DNA of 61,092 nucleotides, counting the filler. It is 5 parts of 5 records of this genome, joined end to end, with 100 filler letters (N's around TTAATTAATTAA, not from the genome) between each part and the next. Parts side by side here need not be neighbours in the genome. Positions count along the whole stretch, not along the records: positions 18,480 to 42,937 come from SRR2962707_1698; 4 more parts are not named here. One strand, 5' to 3'. This document shows, one piece after another, positions 31,312 to 41,393 of this stretch. Within the stretch, counting starts at the first letter, position 1. Each line of letters opens with the position of its first letter. Both the position numbers and the translations under genes were made by a program. Below the pieces are notes generated by a model. The model was not told where the DNA came from. It searched no databases and saw only the letters and a list, made by a program, of their open reading frames with translations.

Positions 31312-33387
31312 ATGCCCAGAATCACGCCCCTGAGCGGGGCCTTCAACGCCGGGGAACTCTCGCCCCGCCTGGCGGCAAGAACGGATTTCCAGAAATACCC
31401 GAACGGCGCCGAGCAGGTTTTGAACCTGATTCCTTTGGCCGAGGGCGGGCTGATGCGCCGGGCGGGCACGCGATACATCGCCGAGGTCGAGAACTCCGCC
31501 GAGAAAGGGCGGTTGAAAGCGTTTCAGTTCTCGACAGAGGACTCGCATATCCTTGAGTTGGCCGACCAAAAGATGCGGTTCTACCGCCATCAAGGGCAGA
31601 TCACCAGCGGCGGCAGTCCGGTTGAAATAGCGACCCCATGGCTCGAGGCCGACCTGCCCGAAGTCGAGGGCGTGCAATCGGCGGACGTGTTCTACCTGTT
31701 CCATCCGAGTTATTCGCCGCGCAAACTGGAACGGAGCTCTCTGACGAGTTGGACCCTGACCGAGGTCGACTGGCAGGACGGGCCATACCTGCGGCAAAAC
31801 ACCACGGCGACCACGCTTACGGCTTCGGGCACGTCGGGGTCGGTCACGGTTACCGCCTCGGCCACGACGGGCATCAACGACGGCGACGGGTTTCAGACGA
31901 CGGACGTGGGGCGTTTGGTCCGCATCGGGCATTCCGGGGCTTGGGGCTGGGGCAAGATCACCGCGCGCGCCTCGACCACATCGGTTACGGTCAGCGTGCA
32001 GAGTGACTTTCAGAACACGACCGCAACAACGACATGGCGCCTCGGGGCGTGGTCGGACACGACGGGTTGGCCGCGGGTCGCGACCTTCTTCGAACAACGC
32101 ATGTTCGCTGCCGCAACAACGAACCAGCCGCAAACCTTCTGGGCCACACAGACAGGCGATTTCGAGAATTTTTCGCCCGACAACATCGAAGGGACCAACG
32201 ACAGCACGGTTGAAGACGATGATTCGCTGGACTTCACGCTGTCGGCCGATACGGTCAACGCCATCCGTTGGCTATCCGCCGGCGACGATACCCTGGCGAT
32301 CGGCACCACCGGGGGAGAATGGGCGCCGTCATCCCAAGGGGCGGTATTGACGCCGACCGATATCGCGGTGCGCCGGCAGACGACACAAGGCAGCGCCACG
32401 GTCCAGCCGATACGCGCCGGGCAAGTGGTGTTGTTCGTCCAAAGGGCAAAACGGAAGGTGCGGGAGTTCGGGTTTTCGTTCCAGACCGACGGATTCGTCG
32501 CGCCGGACATGACGCGCCTTTCCGCGCACATCACCGATACCGGCCTTGTGGAAATGGCGTATGCGCAGGAACCGGATAGTCTAGTCTGGGCGGTTCGCGA
32601 GGATGGGGCCCTGCTCAACATGACGTACCGCCGCGACGAGGATGTGGTCGGCTGGGCGGAACATCAGATCGGAGGGAGTTTCGGCAGCGGCAGTGCCGTC
32701 GTGGAATCCGTGGCCGTCATACCGGGGACCAACGGAGCGGGGCAGGTGCAGTCGTCGCAGGACCGCGACGAGGTGTGGATGATCGTCAAGCGCACGATCA
32801 ACGGCGCGACGAAACGCTATGTCGAGATGCTCGAGCGCGACTTCGAAACCGGGCACGCGCAGGAAGACGCCTATTACGCGGATTCGATCATTACCTATGA
32901 CGGCATCGCAACGGCGACGATTACCGGACTGGATCATCTCGAGGGGGAAACGGCCAAGGTCTGGGGTGATGGTGCAATTCTGCCGGACGCCACGGTGGCG
33001 AGTGGTTCGATAACCTTGGACCGCGAAGTGACGGTTGCGCAGATTGGGCTCAGCTACACGCATCGCCTAAAAACGCTGAAGGTCGAGGGCGGGAATCCCG
33101 CCGGCACGGCTGTGGGGCGGGACAAGCGAATCTACGGCGTGACATTTGTCCTGCTCAATTCACATACGTTCAAATTCGGCCCGGATACGGCCAACCTCGA
33201 AGAACGCGATTTCCGGGTTGTCTCCGACCCGATGGATGCTGCGGCACCGCTTTTTACAGGGGAAAAATTCGCCGAGTTTCCGGGCGACTGGCAAACGGAC
33301 CCGCGCGTTATCGTGGAAAGCGACGACCCGGCGCCGTTCATGCTCCTGGCCATGGTGCCGGAGATCGACGTGCGGCCGCTCAAATAG
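31312..33387 (+). CDS. Tail tubular protein B (T7 gp12-like nozzle)
   Basis: FNAGELSPRL..RTD, GG..RR.GT, QSADV, WP...TFFEQR, YAQEPDS, VVGW. Confidence 0.9.
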   Translation: MPRITPLSGAFNAGELSPRLAARTDFQKYPNGAEQVLNLIPLAEGGLMRRAGTRYIAEVENSAEKGRLKAFQFSTEDSHILELADQKMRFYRHQGQITSGGSPVEIATPWLEADLPEVEGVQSADVFYLFHPSYSPRKLERSSLTSWTLTEVDWQDGPYLRQNTTATTLTASGTSGSVTVTASATTGINDGDGFQTTDVGRLVRIGHSGAWGWGKITARASTTSVTVSVQSDFQNTTATTTWRLGAWSDTTGWPRVATFFEQRMFAAATTNQPQTFWATQTGDFENFSPDNIEGTNDSTVEDDDSLDFTLSADTVNAIRWLSAGDDTLAIGTTGGEWAPSSQGAVLTPTDIAVRRQTTQGSATVQPIRAGQVVLFVQRAKRKVREFGFSFQTDGFVAPDMTRLSAHITDTGLVEMAYAQEPDSLVWAVREDGALLNMTYRRDEDVVGWAEHQIGGSFGSGSAVVESVAVIPGTNGAGQVQSSQDRDEVWMIVKRTINGATKRYVEMLERDFETGHAQEDAYYADSIITYDGIATATITGLDHLEGETAKVWGDGAILPDATVASGSITLDREVTVAQIGLSYTHRLKTLKVEGGNPAGTAVGRDKRIYGVTFVLLNSHTFKFGPDTANLEERDFRVVSDPMDAAAPLFTGEKFAEFPGDWQTDPRVIVESDDPAPFMLLAMVPEIDVRPLK

Positions 33388-33619
33388 GCTTGCAGCGATA
33401 CACGCTCGCGATATGACGAAGTCCGTACCCGGATGCTGCGCTGGTGTCGAAAATGGCCTTCCGCCCGTATTTGGCGCAATGGGCGTTAGCGATGTTGTTG
33501 GCCTCGGGCGAGGCGACGGTTTCGCCGCGGATCACGATGGTATCAGGCGTTTCGGACTGCACGACCGGACCGAGGGCGCAGCCGGCGACAAGCAGCAATA
33601 TCGGAATGAATATTCGCAT
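33380..33619 (-). CDS. Small lipoprotein on the antisense strand
   Basis: MRIFIPILLLVAG-C lipobox; Cys pair (AHCAKYG ... VYRC). Confidence 0.75.
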   Translation of the reverse strand: MRIFIPILLLVAGCALGPVVQSETPDTIVIRGETVASPEANNIANAHCAKYGRKAIFDTSAASGYGLRHIASVYRCKPI

Positions 33620-33634
33620 GGGAGCCTCGAATCA

Positions 33635-34099
33635 ATGGGCGGCCACCTTATCACCCGATCCGCCGATCTTGAAGCCGACGCGCTGGCCATTATGGACGGT
33701 GCGAAGGATTTCGTAAGTCGGATGGATTACACGGACTTCCTTCCCGACACGGAGGAAGGGCTCATTGAATCCGTAGGTTTTATTATCAATCTGCCCGGCT
33801 TCGAATGTTGGCTGGCCGAGAACGCCGGCGACATCGTTGGCGGCATCGGGCTTTTATTTTCACCGCCGCTCTGGAATCGTCGCATCATGGGCATGACGGA
33901 GTTGTTCATCTGGGCCGCGCCGGATGCGCCGAACGCGACGTTCCTGAAATTGCTCAAGCGGGCCGAACAGCGGAAAAGCGAAATGGGTGCGACCTATCGG
34001 GAGTACGTGAAATTGACCTCAAGCCCCGCCGGTATTGAGCGCATCTACCAACGCATGGGGTTGCGCAAAATTCAGGAAAGTTGGGCGGGGACGGACTGA
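33635..34099 (+). CDS. GNAT-fold protein (T7 gp13 position)
   Basis: WLAEN.G.IVG, ELFIW, IYQRMGL; real start probably ATG 33635 rather than 33146. Confidence 0.75.
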   Translation: MGGHLITRSADLEADALAIMDGAKDFVSRMDYTDFLPDTEEGLIESVGFIINLPGFECWLAENAGDIVGGIGLLFSPPLWNRRIMGMTELFIWAAPDAPNATFLKLLKRAEQRKSEMGATYREYVKLTSSPAGIERIYQRMGLRKIQESWAGTD

Positions 34100-34100
34100 C

Positions 34101-34598
34101 ATGGCCATTGCAACAAGCACAGCCTTAGCAATAGCGGCGGTTGCTGCTGTGGCCAGCACCGCCGTTGCCGTCGGCAGCGCTATCCAGCAAGGGCAGGCGG
34201 CGAAGAAACAGGCCAATTTTCAGGCCACCATCCAACGCCAGCAGGCGGACCGGGAACGTCAGATCGCCGCGGCGCAAGAGGAAGACTTCCGGCGCCGTCA
34301 AAGCCGGCTTCTATCGTCGAGCCGCGCCGCAGCGGGCGGGTCCGGACTCGATGCTTCCACCGGGTCGTCCTTGCTGGCAGCCGAGGACTTCGCCGCGGAA
34401 ACGGAGTTGCAGGCCCTTCGCATCCGGTCCGGTGGCGAGACGCAGGCGACACGGTTGGAACAGCAGGCGGCTTTGACGCGCCTATCCGGCCGGAATGCAC
34501 AGCGCGCGAGTTTCATGAAGGCCGGCGGCAGTCTGTTGCAGGGCATTGGGCGTACATCGCTTCTCATGGGCGGTCCGCAGACGGCGGCGATCGCCTGA
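34101..34598 (+). CDS. Internal virion (ejection) protein, gp14-like
   Basis: Hydrophobic Ala-rich N-terminus, GQAAKKQA, GGSGLD..TGS. Confidence 0.8.
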   Translation: MAIATSTALAIAAVAAVASTAVAVGSAIQQGQAAKKQANFQATIQRQQADRERQIAAAQEEDFRRRQSRLLSSSRAAAGGSGLDASTGSSLLAAEDFAAETELQALRIRSGGETQATRLEQQAALTRLSGRNAQRASFMKAGGSLLQGIGRTSLLMGGPQTAAIA

Positions 34599-34599
34599 T

Positions 34600-36777
34600 A
34601 TGGTCACCATACCGTTCCGGGGGGAATCTCGGCCGCAGGCCCAGCCGCGTCGCGGTATACGGTTGGCCGGCGGCGGCGATGTCCCGACCGTCAACCCCGG
34701 CGTGGCGCGAGACCCCGGCCTGCGAACGTCTCCATCGCAGTTCGGTGCGCTTGAGGCGCAGGGCTTGCAGGATACCGCTCAGGCACTCGGCAATGTTAGC
34801 GAGGGCGCGCAACGGCTGGCGATAAAGCAGCAGAAACTCACGGACGCGACATTCGTCAACGAACAGCTTACGGCAATCGACCGTGATCTTTCGGAGCGGT
34901 TCGAACAGCACCGGTCCAGTGCGGACCCTACAGCGTCGGACTTCGTAGCCAAATTCGATGAAATAGCCAATACGATCATCGAAGAGCGGGTGCAAGGGGA
35001 AGGCAGCGCCGCGGTTACGGAGAGTGCGCTGCAATCGCTCCGGCTCCGCGCGGGACGATCGCGGCTCGGCATGTTCGAGCGTGCGGTGCGAGTCTCCCGC
35101 GATGCGAGGAACGACAAGGCCGTCGATGTTCTCGAACAGCGGTCGAACGTCATCTCGAACAGGGTCCGGCGGGATCCGTCGTCTCTGGATGCTGCATTCG
35201 ATGATATCGAAACGACGGTCGACGACTTCGGCAACGCGCTGACGGCAAACGGCCGGCGCGACACGATCACCGCTGCCCGGCAGAGCGCCATCGAAAGCGC
35301 GGTGAGTGGTCTTGCCGAGCAGGGCCGGTTCGCGGAAGCGGAGGCCTTGCTGTCGGACGAGCGGTTCGACGCGGAGCTCCCGCCGGAAGCGCGGGACAGG
35401 CTTCAAGCCGTCGTCAAGCGTGCGCAGGCCTTCGACCGCGCGGAAGTCCGCGGGCTGGTGAACGACCATATCGCGAGCTTGCAAACGACCGGGCAGGGCA
35501 TAGCAGGCTTTCGGGAGCGCGCCCGCACAAGTCTAAACCCGCAGCAGTTCCGGGAATTCGCCAAGAGTGAATCCCTGGCAGTAGATTTCTTCGGGGCATC
35601 GCAGAAGATGCAATTCGCCCCTGTCAACGAGATGGTCGACACACTGGAAGGGTTTCGCCCGAAGCCCGGCACGACGGACTTTGCCGACCGCGCGCGGCTC
35701 TTTGGGCAACTTCAGAGCGAAGCGCGCCGCATTGTGACCGAGCGGCAGAACGACCCTATGGCTGCCGCGATACGCGCCCCGGAAATGGGTGACGCGATGG
35801 AGGCTGCGCAGGGCGGCGACCCAAGAGCATCGCAGCGCTTCGTCCGGGCAGGGCTTGAGTTGCAGTCCCGGATGGGCGTCCCGGCGGTAAATCAACGTGT
35901 ATTAACGCAGGCACAGGCGCAGCAGATGGTGGCGGGCATTCAAGGGGCGTCGGCCGCAAGCCGCCCCGGTGAAATCCTGCGGTTGCGCGAGCAATACGGC
36001 GAATTCTTTCCTAGAGTCCTGCGGGACTTGTCAGACAAGGGGTTCAACGGCATCGGGTTGGACCCGCGCACCGCGACCCTGGCCAGCGTTGCAGGGAATC
36101 CCGCTTTGTCGCAAACCTTGGCGCAAGTCGTCGAGACCGGCAGCAAAGATTTGCGCGATGGGCTTGAAAGAACGGTTGTCGGCGATGTCAGTCGTGCGGT
36201 TTCTGACGCGATGTCGGAATGGGTTAGTGCGGTGGAACTTGGCGACTTCACGGGCGGACGGACGGAACAGGTCAACGGCATCCGCTCGGTGGTAGAAGAC
36301 CTGGCGTTTCAATACGTCCGGCAGGGCGAGAACGCGACGGACGCCGCCGAGCGCGCGGCACGTCAGGTCATCAACGACCGCTTCACGGTGCAGGGCAGCT
36401 ATTACGTTCCGAAAGCTGACCAGAGCGGGCGCTTGTACAACACGGCGCAGATCGACGGGTTCTTGCGGCGTCAACAGAATCAATCTGCGCTTGAGGCCGC
36501 CGGGGTCGTGCCGTTCGGTTCCGTTCCGGGACAAGGGCCGTCGGACCTGGATCGTGAGCGCACGCTGCGCACCGCCGTTAACTCCGGGTTCTGGGTTACC
36601 AACGAGGACGCCACCGGGGCCTTTCTCATGGTGCCGTTCGCCGGCGGGGGCGCCTTGCCGCTCATAACCGATGACGGATCCCGGTACGAGTTTTCCTTCC
36701 GGGCTGCGAACGATGCCGGGGTGCCGCCACTGACGGTTCCTGCTGACGATGCCGGGGTATCGGGGGTCGGCGGGTGA
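34600..36777 (+). CDS. Internal virion (ejection) protein, gp15-like
   Basis: MVTIP start; long helical Ala/Gln/Arg-rich protein in the ejection-gene position. Confidence 0.75.
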   Translation: MVTIPFRGESRPQAQPRRGIRLAGGGDVPTVNPGVARDPGLRTSPSQFGALEAQGLQDTAQALGNVSEGAQRLAIKQQKLTDATFVNEQLTAIDRDLSERFEQHRSSADPTASDFVAKFDEIANTIIEERVQGEGSAAVTESALQSLRLRAGRSRLGMFERAVRVSRDARNDKAVDVLEQRSNVISNRVRRDPSSLDAAFDDIETTVDDFGNALTANGRRDTITAARQSAIESAVSGLAEQGRFAEAEALLSDERFDAELPPEARDRLQAVVKRAQAFDRAEVRGLVNDHIASLQTTGQGIAGFRERARTSLNPQQFREFAKSESLAVDFFGASQKMQFAPVNEMVDTLEGFRPKPGTTDFADRARLFGQLQSEARRIVTERQNDPMAAAIRAPEMGDAMEAAQGGDPRASQRFVRAGLELQSRMGVPAVNQRVLTQAQAQQMVAGIQGASAASRPGEILRLREQYGEFFPRVLRDLSDKGFNGIGLDPRTATLASVAGNPALSQTLAQVVETGSKDLRDGLERTVVGDVSRAVSDAMSEWVSAVELGDFTGGRTEQVNGIRSVVEDLAFQYVRQGENATDAAERAARQVINDRFTVQGSYYVPKADQSGRLYNTAQIDGFLRRQQNQSALEAAGVVPFGSVPGQGPSDLDRERTLRTAVNSGFWVTNEDATGAFLMVPFAGGGALPLITDDGSRYEFSFRAANDAGVPPLTVPADDAGVSGVGG

Positions 36778-38540
36778 CCTTCGTTTTCTCGGACACGCCG
36801 GACAACCGGTTTCTGCGCGCAACCGGCGCGGGAGACTTGCCGGCAACCTTGGGCGAAAGCGTCGAGGCGGCGTTCGATGACCCGCTGTTGCAGCCGACCG
36901 AGCTTATCGAACGTCAGATCGACATTACCGAGACGTCCGGCCGCACGCGCTCGGCCTTCGATATTCTCGCCGAGAACCGCGCACGTCGCGGCGATATCTC
37001 GATCCGGGAGGCGGAGCGTATCGCGCGGACCGGCCAGGAAATTGGTATCGACGATCTGGTGCCGGAACCGGAAGGCGAAATATCGGGGATCGACCTTGAC
37101 CAGATCACGGCAGAAGAAGCGAACAAGGAATACGGCGCCCTCGGCCTGAAATTCGACCGCCCCATCGCCCGCCGGGCGGCGGAGTTGATCGCGCGGGGCA
37201 AGCGTGAGGAAATCGTGCGCCAGGACATCATCCGGCGCGGCCCGCAAGGTGTTTTGCCGACGGCGGCGCGTCTGGGGGCCGGGTTGACGGCGGCGGTGAT
37301 CGACCCGCTCAACGTCGCCTCGGCCTTCATCCCAGTCGTGAACCAGGCCCGGTTCGCAGGGTTGGTTTCAAGGTTCGGCGTGACGCGGGGGAGGCTGGCG
37401 ACAGGAGCGATCGAGGGCGCCGTCGGCAACGCTTTGATCGAACCGGTCGTCGGCGGCCTGGCGGTTGGCCAGCAACTCGACTACGAGATGTCGGACGCGA
37501 TCGTGAATATCGCATTCGGCGGGATTCTCGGCGGTGGCCTGCATGTGGGTGCGGGGCGTATCGGGGATATTCTCGCCGCGCGGACCGCCGAGGCAAGGGA
37601 AAGCGCGCTTAGGGCCGCCGTGGCGCAAACGGCCCGCGGCGACCGCGTCGATATCGACGCTATCTTCCGGCCGGACCGGGCGTTCGCCGACGATGTAAGG
37701 ATCGAACCACCGCCCGTGCGGGAATTCGACATAGGCCCGCCGACCGGGCAGGGGCGGGGCCAGAGATTCGCCGATTACACGCCGGTCGGTCCGCGCGATC
37801 GGGAATTTATCGAGGGATTAGTTGCGGAACTGGATCAGACGGATTCGGGGCAGCGGTTCTTCCGCGAGGCGGACCGCCAAGGGTCTACACCGGACGTCAT
37901 GGGCGTTCGCGCCTCGACGCCGGAATGGTTCCAAAACCACAATCGGGGCGTGGTTGAAGAGCAGCGCCGTCTTAAGAAATTGCGCGAAGTCAATAAGCGG
38001 CTGCCGGTCGACCAGCGCGTTCCCGTTCCATCGTCGCCAGCGATATTGACGCGGGAAAAGGTACGGACCGTCGCCAATAAGATGATCGCGCAGGAGCCAT
38101 TTGGAACGGCCGAGGCGGAGGTGGCCCGGCTGCTTTTCGCGGTTGCCCGTGACCAGCGCCTTGCAAACGCCCGTCAGATTTCGGAGTTTCGGGCGCAGCG
38201 CGACTTTGAACGCGAGCGGGAGATTGACGCCATCGCCGCCCGAGAGTCCGAAGATATCGCGGCAGACCAGGCGAGGCCGGAACGCGATGCCACGGCGGAT
38301 TTCGAGGCTTCGGCCCGTGCCGATCAATCGCTATCGGAACGGCCCGTTGGCCAGGACGCGCAAACCGTGCAAACTGAGGTCGACTTTCTGACCGAACAGT
38401 TCGAGGCGTATCGGAACTTGGGCCTTATTTCCGACCGCGAATTCGAGGAAATCCAGTTGTTCAGCGAACTTGCCGAGAATGCCGAGAGTTACGGACGCGC
38501 CACGCGCGCCGCGGCGCTATGCCTGTCGAGGCTGTCGTGA
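36774..38540 (+). CDS. Internal virion (ejection) protein
   Basis: DPLN and Gly-rich membrane-insertion-like segments (GAIEGAVGN, FGGILGGG). Confidence 0.75.
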   Translation: MTFVFSDTPDNRFLRATGAGDLPATLGESVEAAFDDPLLQPTELIERQIDITETSGRTRSAFDILAENRARRGDISIREAERIARTGQEIGIDDLVPEPEGEISGIDLDQITAEEANKEYGALGLKFDRPIARRAAELIARGKREEIVRQDIIRRGPQGVLPTAARLGAGLTAAVIDPLNVASAFIPVVNQARFAGLVSRFGVTRGRLATGAIEGAVGNALIEPVVGGLAVGQQLDYEMSDAIVNIAFGGILGGGLHVGAGRIGDILAARTAEARESALRAAVAQTARGDRVDIDAIFRPDRAFADDVRIEPPPVREFDIGPPTGQGRGQRFADYTPVGPRDREFIEGLVAELDQTDSGQRFFREADRQGSTPDVMGVRASTPEWFQNHNRGVVEEQRRLKKLREVNKRLPVDQRVPVPSSPAILTREKVRTVANKMIAQEPFGTAEAEVARLLFAVARDQRLANARQISEFRAQRDFEREREIDAIAARESEDIAADQARPERDATADFEASARADQSLSERPVGQDAQTVQTEVDFLTEQFEAYRNLGLISDREFEEIQLFSELAENAESYGRATRAAALCLSRLS

Positions 38541-38752
38541 GATGCGCCCTCGGCATCGTCGTCACCGGCATAGCGGTGCTGGTCTTGTCGGTCGGCTCCG
38601 CGGTTTATCTCGATCGCGTGATCGGTCCTGCGGTTCGCGGGACCGGTTGGGAACTGGTCGGGCTGCCGGCGATCGTGATCATCGCCGTGGGGTCCGCGTT
38701 CGTGTGGGCATGGTTGTTCCCGCGCGTCATGAAACTGCTTGGTGAGAACTGA
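38537..38752 (+). CDS. Small two-TM membrane protein
   Basis: GTGA overlap with the upstream stop and TGATG overlap downstream; two hydrophobic helices. Confidence 0.6.
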   Translation: MRCALGIVVTGIAVLVLSVGSAVYLDRVIGPAVRGTGWELVGLPAIVIIAVGSAFVWAWLFPRVMKLLGEN

Positions 38753-41289
38753 TGTCCGCAGAAGACTGCATCCGGGAGATACGCGAGGCAGCGGGTCGTG
38801 ATTTGTCCGACGATGAACTGGACGAGTTGCTGTCCGACCTGGACAGTCTCCGCCGCGCACGCCGCGCCGAGGGCAAACTGGACAGCCTGGAGGAGGAACT
38901 GCTGGGCCGCGCGCAGGAGTTATCGGACGAAGCGCAATTGGCCGCGCAGATCGAAAAGCGAAACGCGCTGATCAACGCCGTCCGGTTCCAGGACAACATG
39001 GGGTTTGTCGACGAGGCCTTGATGGTGGTCAATGACCCGTCCCTGGCGATCGAGGCGCGGAATGTCGGCGTGAACCAGCCGATCCCCGGGGCCCGATTGT
39101 CGGTCGACGCGCGCGGGAATGCCTTGTTCACCGAATACGCCGGCGGGATGATCGCGGATCTTCGGAAAGCCGATTTGCTGCCGATCTTCAACAGTCGCTC
39201 GCTCGACCGGGATATCGCCCGGGAACTCTGGGAACTGTCCTCGAAATCCGGCACGCCGGGGGCGGCGGGCAGCGATCAGGCGGCGAAGATCGCCGGCATC
39301 ATCGACAAATACCGCAAGGTCTCCGTTAGCAGGCAGAACCGCGCCGGGGCTTTCATCCGCAACTTGGACGGCTACGTGACACGGCAATCGCACGACATGC
39401 ACCGGATGCGGCGGGCGGGATACGAGGAATGGCGAAACTTCATCCTGCCGAAACTCGACGTGGAGCGCACGTTCAAGGGCGCCGATACCGAGAAATTCCT
39501 GCGCAGCACCTATGACGCGCTCATCACCGGACGCCACATGAAGCACAACGGCGGTGAGGAAAACGATCTGTTGCTAGCATTTAAGGGGCCGTCGAATCTC
39601 GCGAAACGGACAAGCGAAAGCCGCGTTCTGCATTTCAAGGGCGCCGACGATTTCATGGATTACAACGACCGTTTTGGTCATCGCTCGCTCGTGGAATCGA
39701 TCATCCAGGACTTCGACCGGGCGGCCCGGAACACGGCGTTGATGGAAGTCTGGGGCACGAATCCTCGCGCGATGTTCGACAAGGTTCTGGACACGCTGAA
39801 AGACAAGCATAGGGGCGACGTGAAGACCTTCGACCGGTTGTCCCGCAACGCCCTGCAAAACCAGTTCGCGGAGGTCTCGGGGGAAACTCGAATCCCGGTC
39901 AACCCGACCAGCGCTCATATCGGCTCGTCCGTCCGGGCCGTGCAGAGCATGGCGAAGCTGGGCGGGGCGGCGTTGTCCGCGATCTCGGACCTGCCGTTCA
40001 AGGCCTCGGAACTGCGGTTCCAGGGGAGGGGCATCGGGCAGTCCTATGTGGACTCGCTGACGTCCTTTATCGATGGCGCCGTGGCGCAGAAAGACCGACG
40101 GGCGCTGTCGGAATTGATCGGCGTGGGGCTTGAGGGCCAAATCGGCGACCTCGCGGCGCGGTTTTCCGCACAGGATGATTTGCCGGGCAAGTTCTCGAAG
40201 GCGCAGCAAATCTTCTTCAAGTTGAACCTGCTGGGGCCGTGGACGGATTCGAATAAGCGGGGGCTGGGGTTAATGATGGCGCGCGACCTCGCAATTCAGT
40301 CGCGGCGCAATTTTGAAAACCTTGACGCACAAACGCGGGGCGTTCTCGGCCTCTACGGAATCGACGATGCGCGTTGGAGGGTCTTACGAAGGGCCGCGCG
40401 GCAGGAAGAGGACGGGCGGCGCTATCTCATGCCGGATGCCATACGGGACTTGCCCGACGACGCGATAACTCCGCTCGTCGAGGGGCGCGTCACAGGCCGC
40501 AAGGTCCAACAGATGCGCGACGAACTCGAAACTGCGCTCCGGTCCTACTATGTCGATCGCGCGGACTTTGCTATTCCTACACCCGGCGCAAGAGAACGAG
40601 CCATTCTGCGACAAGGCACACGCCCCGGCACGCCCTTGGGTGAAGCGATTCGGTATATTGCCCAGTTCAAGGCGTTCCCCGTCACGGTGTTGACTAAGCC
40701 TTTTAGTCGGGAACTCTTCGGCGGCGGCGCACAAACTCTCAAAGACTCGATGCTCAAGGGAGAAGGCGACCTGCTTGGGCTTGCGAACCTCATCGTCGGC
40801 ACCACGGTGATGGGCTATGTGGCGCAGACGGCCAAGGAACTTGCCAAGGGACGCTCGCCGCGGGATCCGGACTCGGCCGCGACCTGGACGGCAGCGATGC
40901 TTCAGGGCGGCGGCTTGGGTATTTACGGCGACTTCATGTTCGGGGAGTTTAACCGGTTCGGCCGGTCTTTCCTCGACACATTAGCCGGGCCGACCTTCGG
41001 GTCAATCAACGATGTCGCCGAATTGTGGGCGCGGTTTAGGAACGGGGAAGACACGGCGGCCGGTGCCGTTCGGTTTGCCCTGGCGAACACGCCCGGCGCG
41101 AATCTGTTTTACACGCGGACGGCGCTCGATTATCTGATTTTCTTCCAATTGCAGGAAACCATCAATCCGGGGTTTCTTCGTCGCATGGAACGAAGGCTCA
41201 AAAAGGAAAATGGCCAGGCCCTCGTCCTGCCGCCCTCAAGCGTCATCCCGCGCGGTGGGGGAGATCAACTATTCGAGGCCCTTCGGTAG
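38752..41289 (+). CDS. Large internal virion protein, gp16-like
   Basis: GT..GEA.R...QFK.FP, GGGLGIYGDF, LAGPT motifs. Confidence 0.82.
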   Translation: MSAEDCIREIREAAGRDLSDDELDELLSDLDSLRRARRAEGKLDSLEEELLGRAQELSDEAQLAAQIEKRNALINAVRFQDNMGFVDEALMVVNDPSLAIEARNVGVNQPIPGARLSVDARGNALFTEYAGGMIADLRKADLLPIFNSRSLDRDIARELWELSSKSGTPGAAGSDQAAKIAGIIDKYRKVSVSRQNRAGAFIRNLDGYVTRQSHDMHRMRRAGYEEWRNFILPKLDVERTFKGADTEKFLRSTYDALITGRHMKHNGGEENDLLLAFKGPSNLAKRTSESRVLHFKGADDFMDYNDRFGHRSLVESIIQDFDRAARNTALMEVWGTNPRAMFDKVLDTLKDKHRGDVKTFDRLSRNALQNQFAEVSGETRIPVNPTSAHIGSSVRAVQSMAKLGGAALSAISDLPFKASELRFQGRGIGQSYVDSLTSFIDGAVAQKDRRALSELIGVGLEGQIGDLAARFSAQDDLPGKFSKAQQIFFKLNLLGPWTDSNKRGLGLMMARDLAIQSRRNFENLDAQTRGVLGLYGIDDARWRVLRRAARQEEDGRRYLMPDAIRDLPDDAITPLVEGRVTGRKVQQMRDELETALRSYYVDRADFAIPTPGARERAILRQGTRPGTPLGEAIRYIAQFKAFPVTVLTKPFSRELFGGGAQTLKDSMLKGEGDLLGLANLIVGTTVMGYVAQTAKELAKGRSPRDPDSAATWTAAMLQGGGLGIYGDFMFGEFNRFGRSFLDTLAGPTFGSINDVAELWARFRNGEDTAAGAVRFALANTPGANLFYTRTALDYLIFFQLQETINPGFLRRMERRLKKENGQALVLPPSSVIPRGGGDQLFEALR

Positions 41290-41344
41290 CCCATAACCCT
41301 TAAGCCCGTCCTGCGCGCCGCAGGCGGTCGTTAAAGCCTTATCC

Positions 41345-41365
41345 AGCCGCCTTCGGGCGGTTTTT
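41345..41365 (+). terminator. Intrinsic terminator with UUCG loop before the tail fibre gene
   Basis: GCCGCC-TTCG-GGCGGT-TTTT. Confidence 0.8.
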
Positions 41366-41393
41366 GCATGTCCAGCCGATAAAGGAGACGCCT

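Noticed and set aside
33146-33634. N-terminal extension of the GNAT ORF
   Set aside because: It overlaps tube B and the antisense lipoprotein; the GNAT-like sequence starts near 33635
36760-36777. Gly-Gly near the C-termini of other phage proteins (gp15-like VGG, portal NGGQAA) as conjugation tags
   Set aside because: Explained by G-rich Shine-Dalgarno sequences of coupled downstream genes; no shared upstream motif
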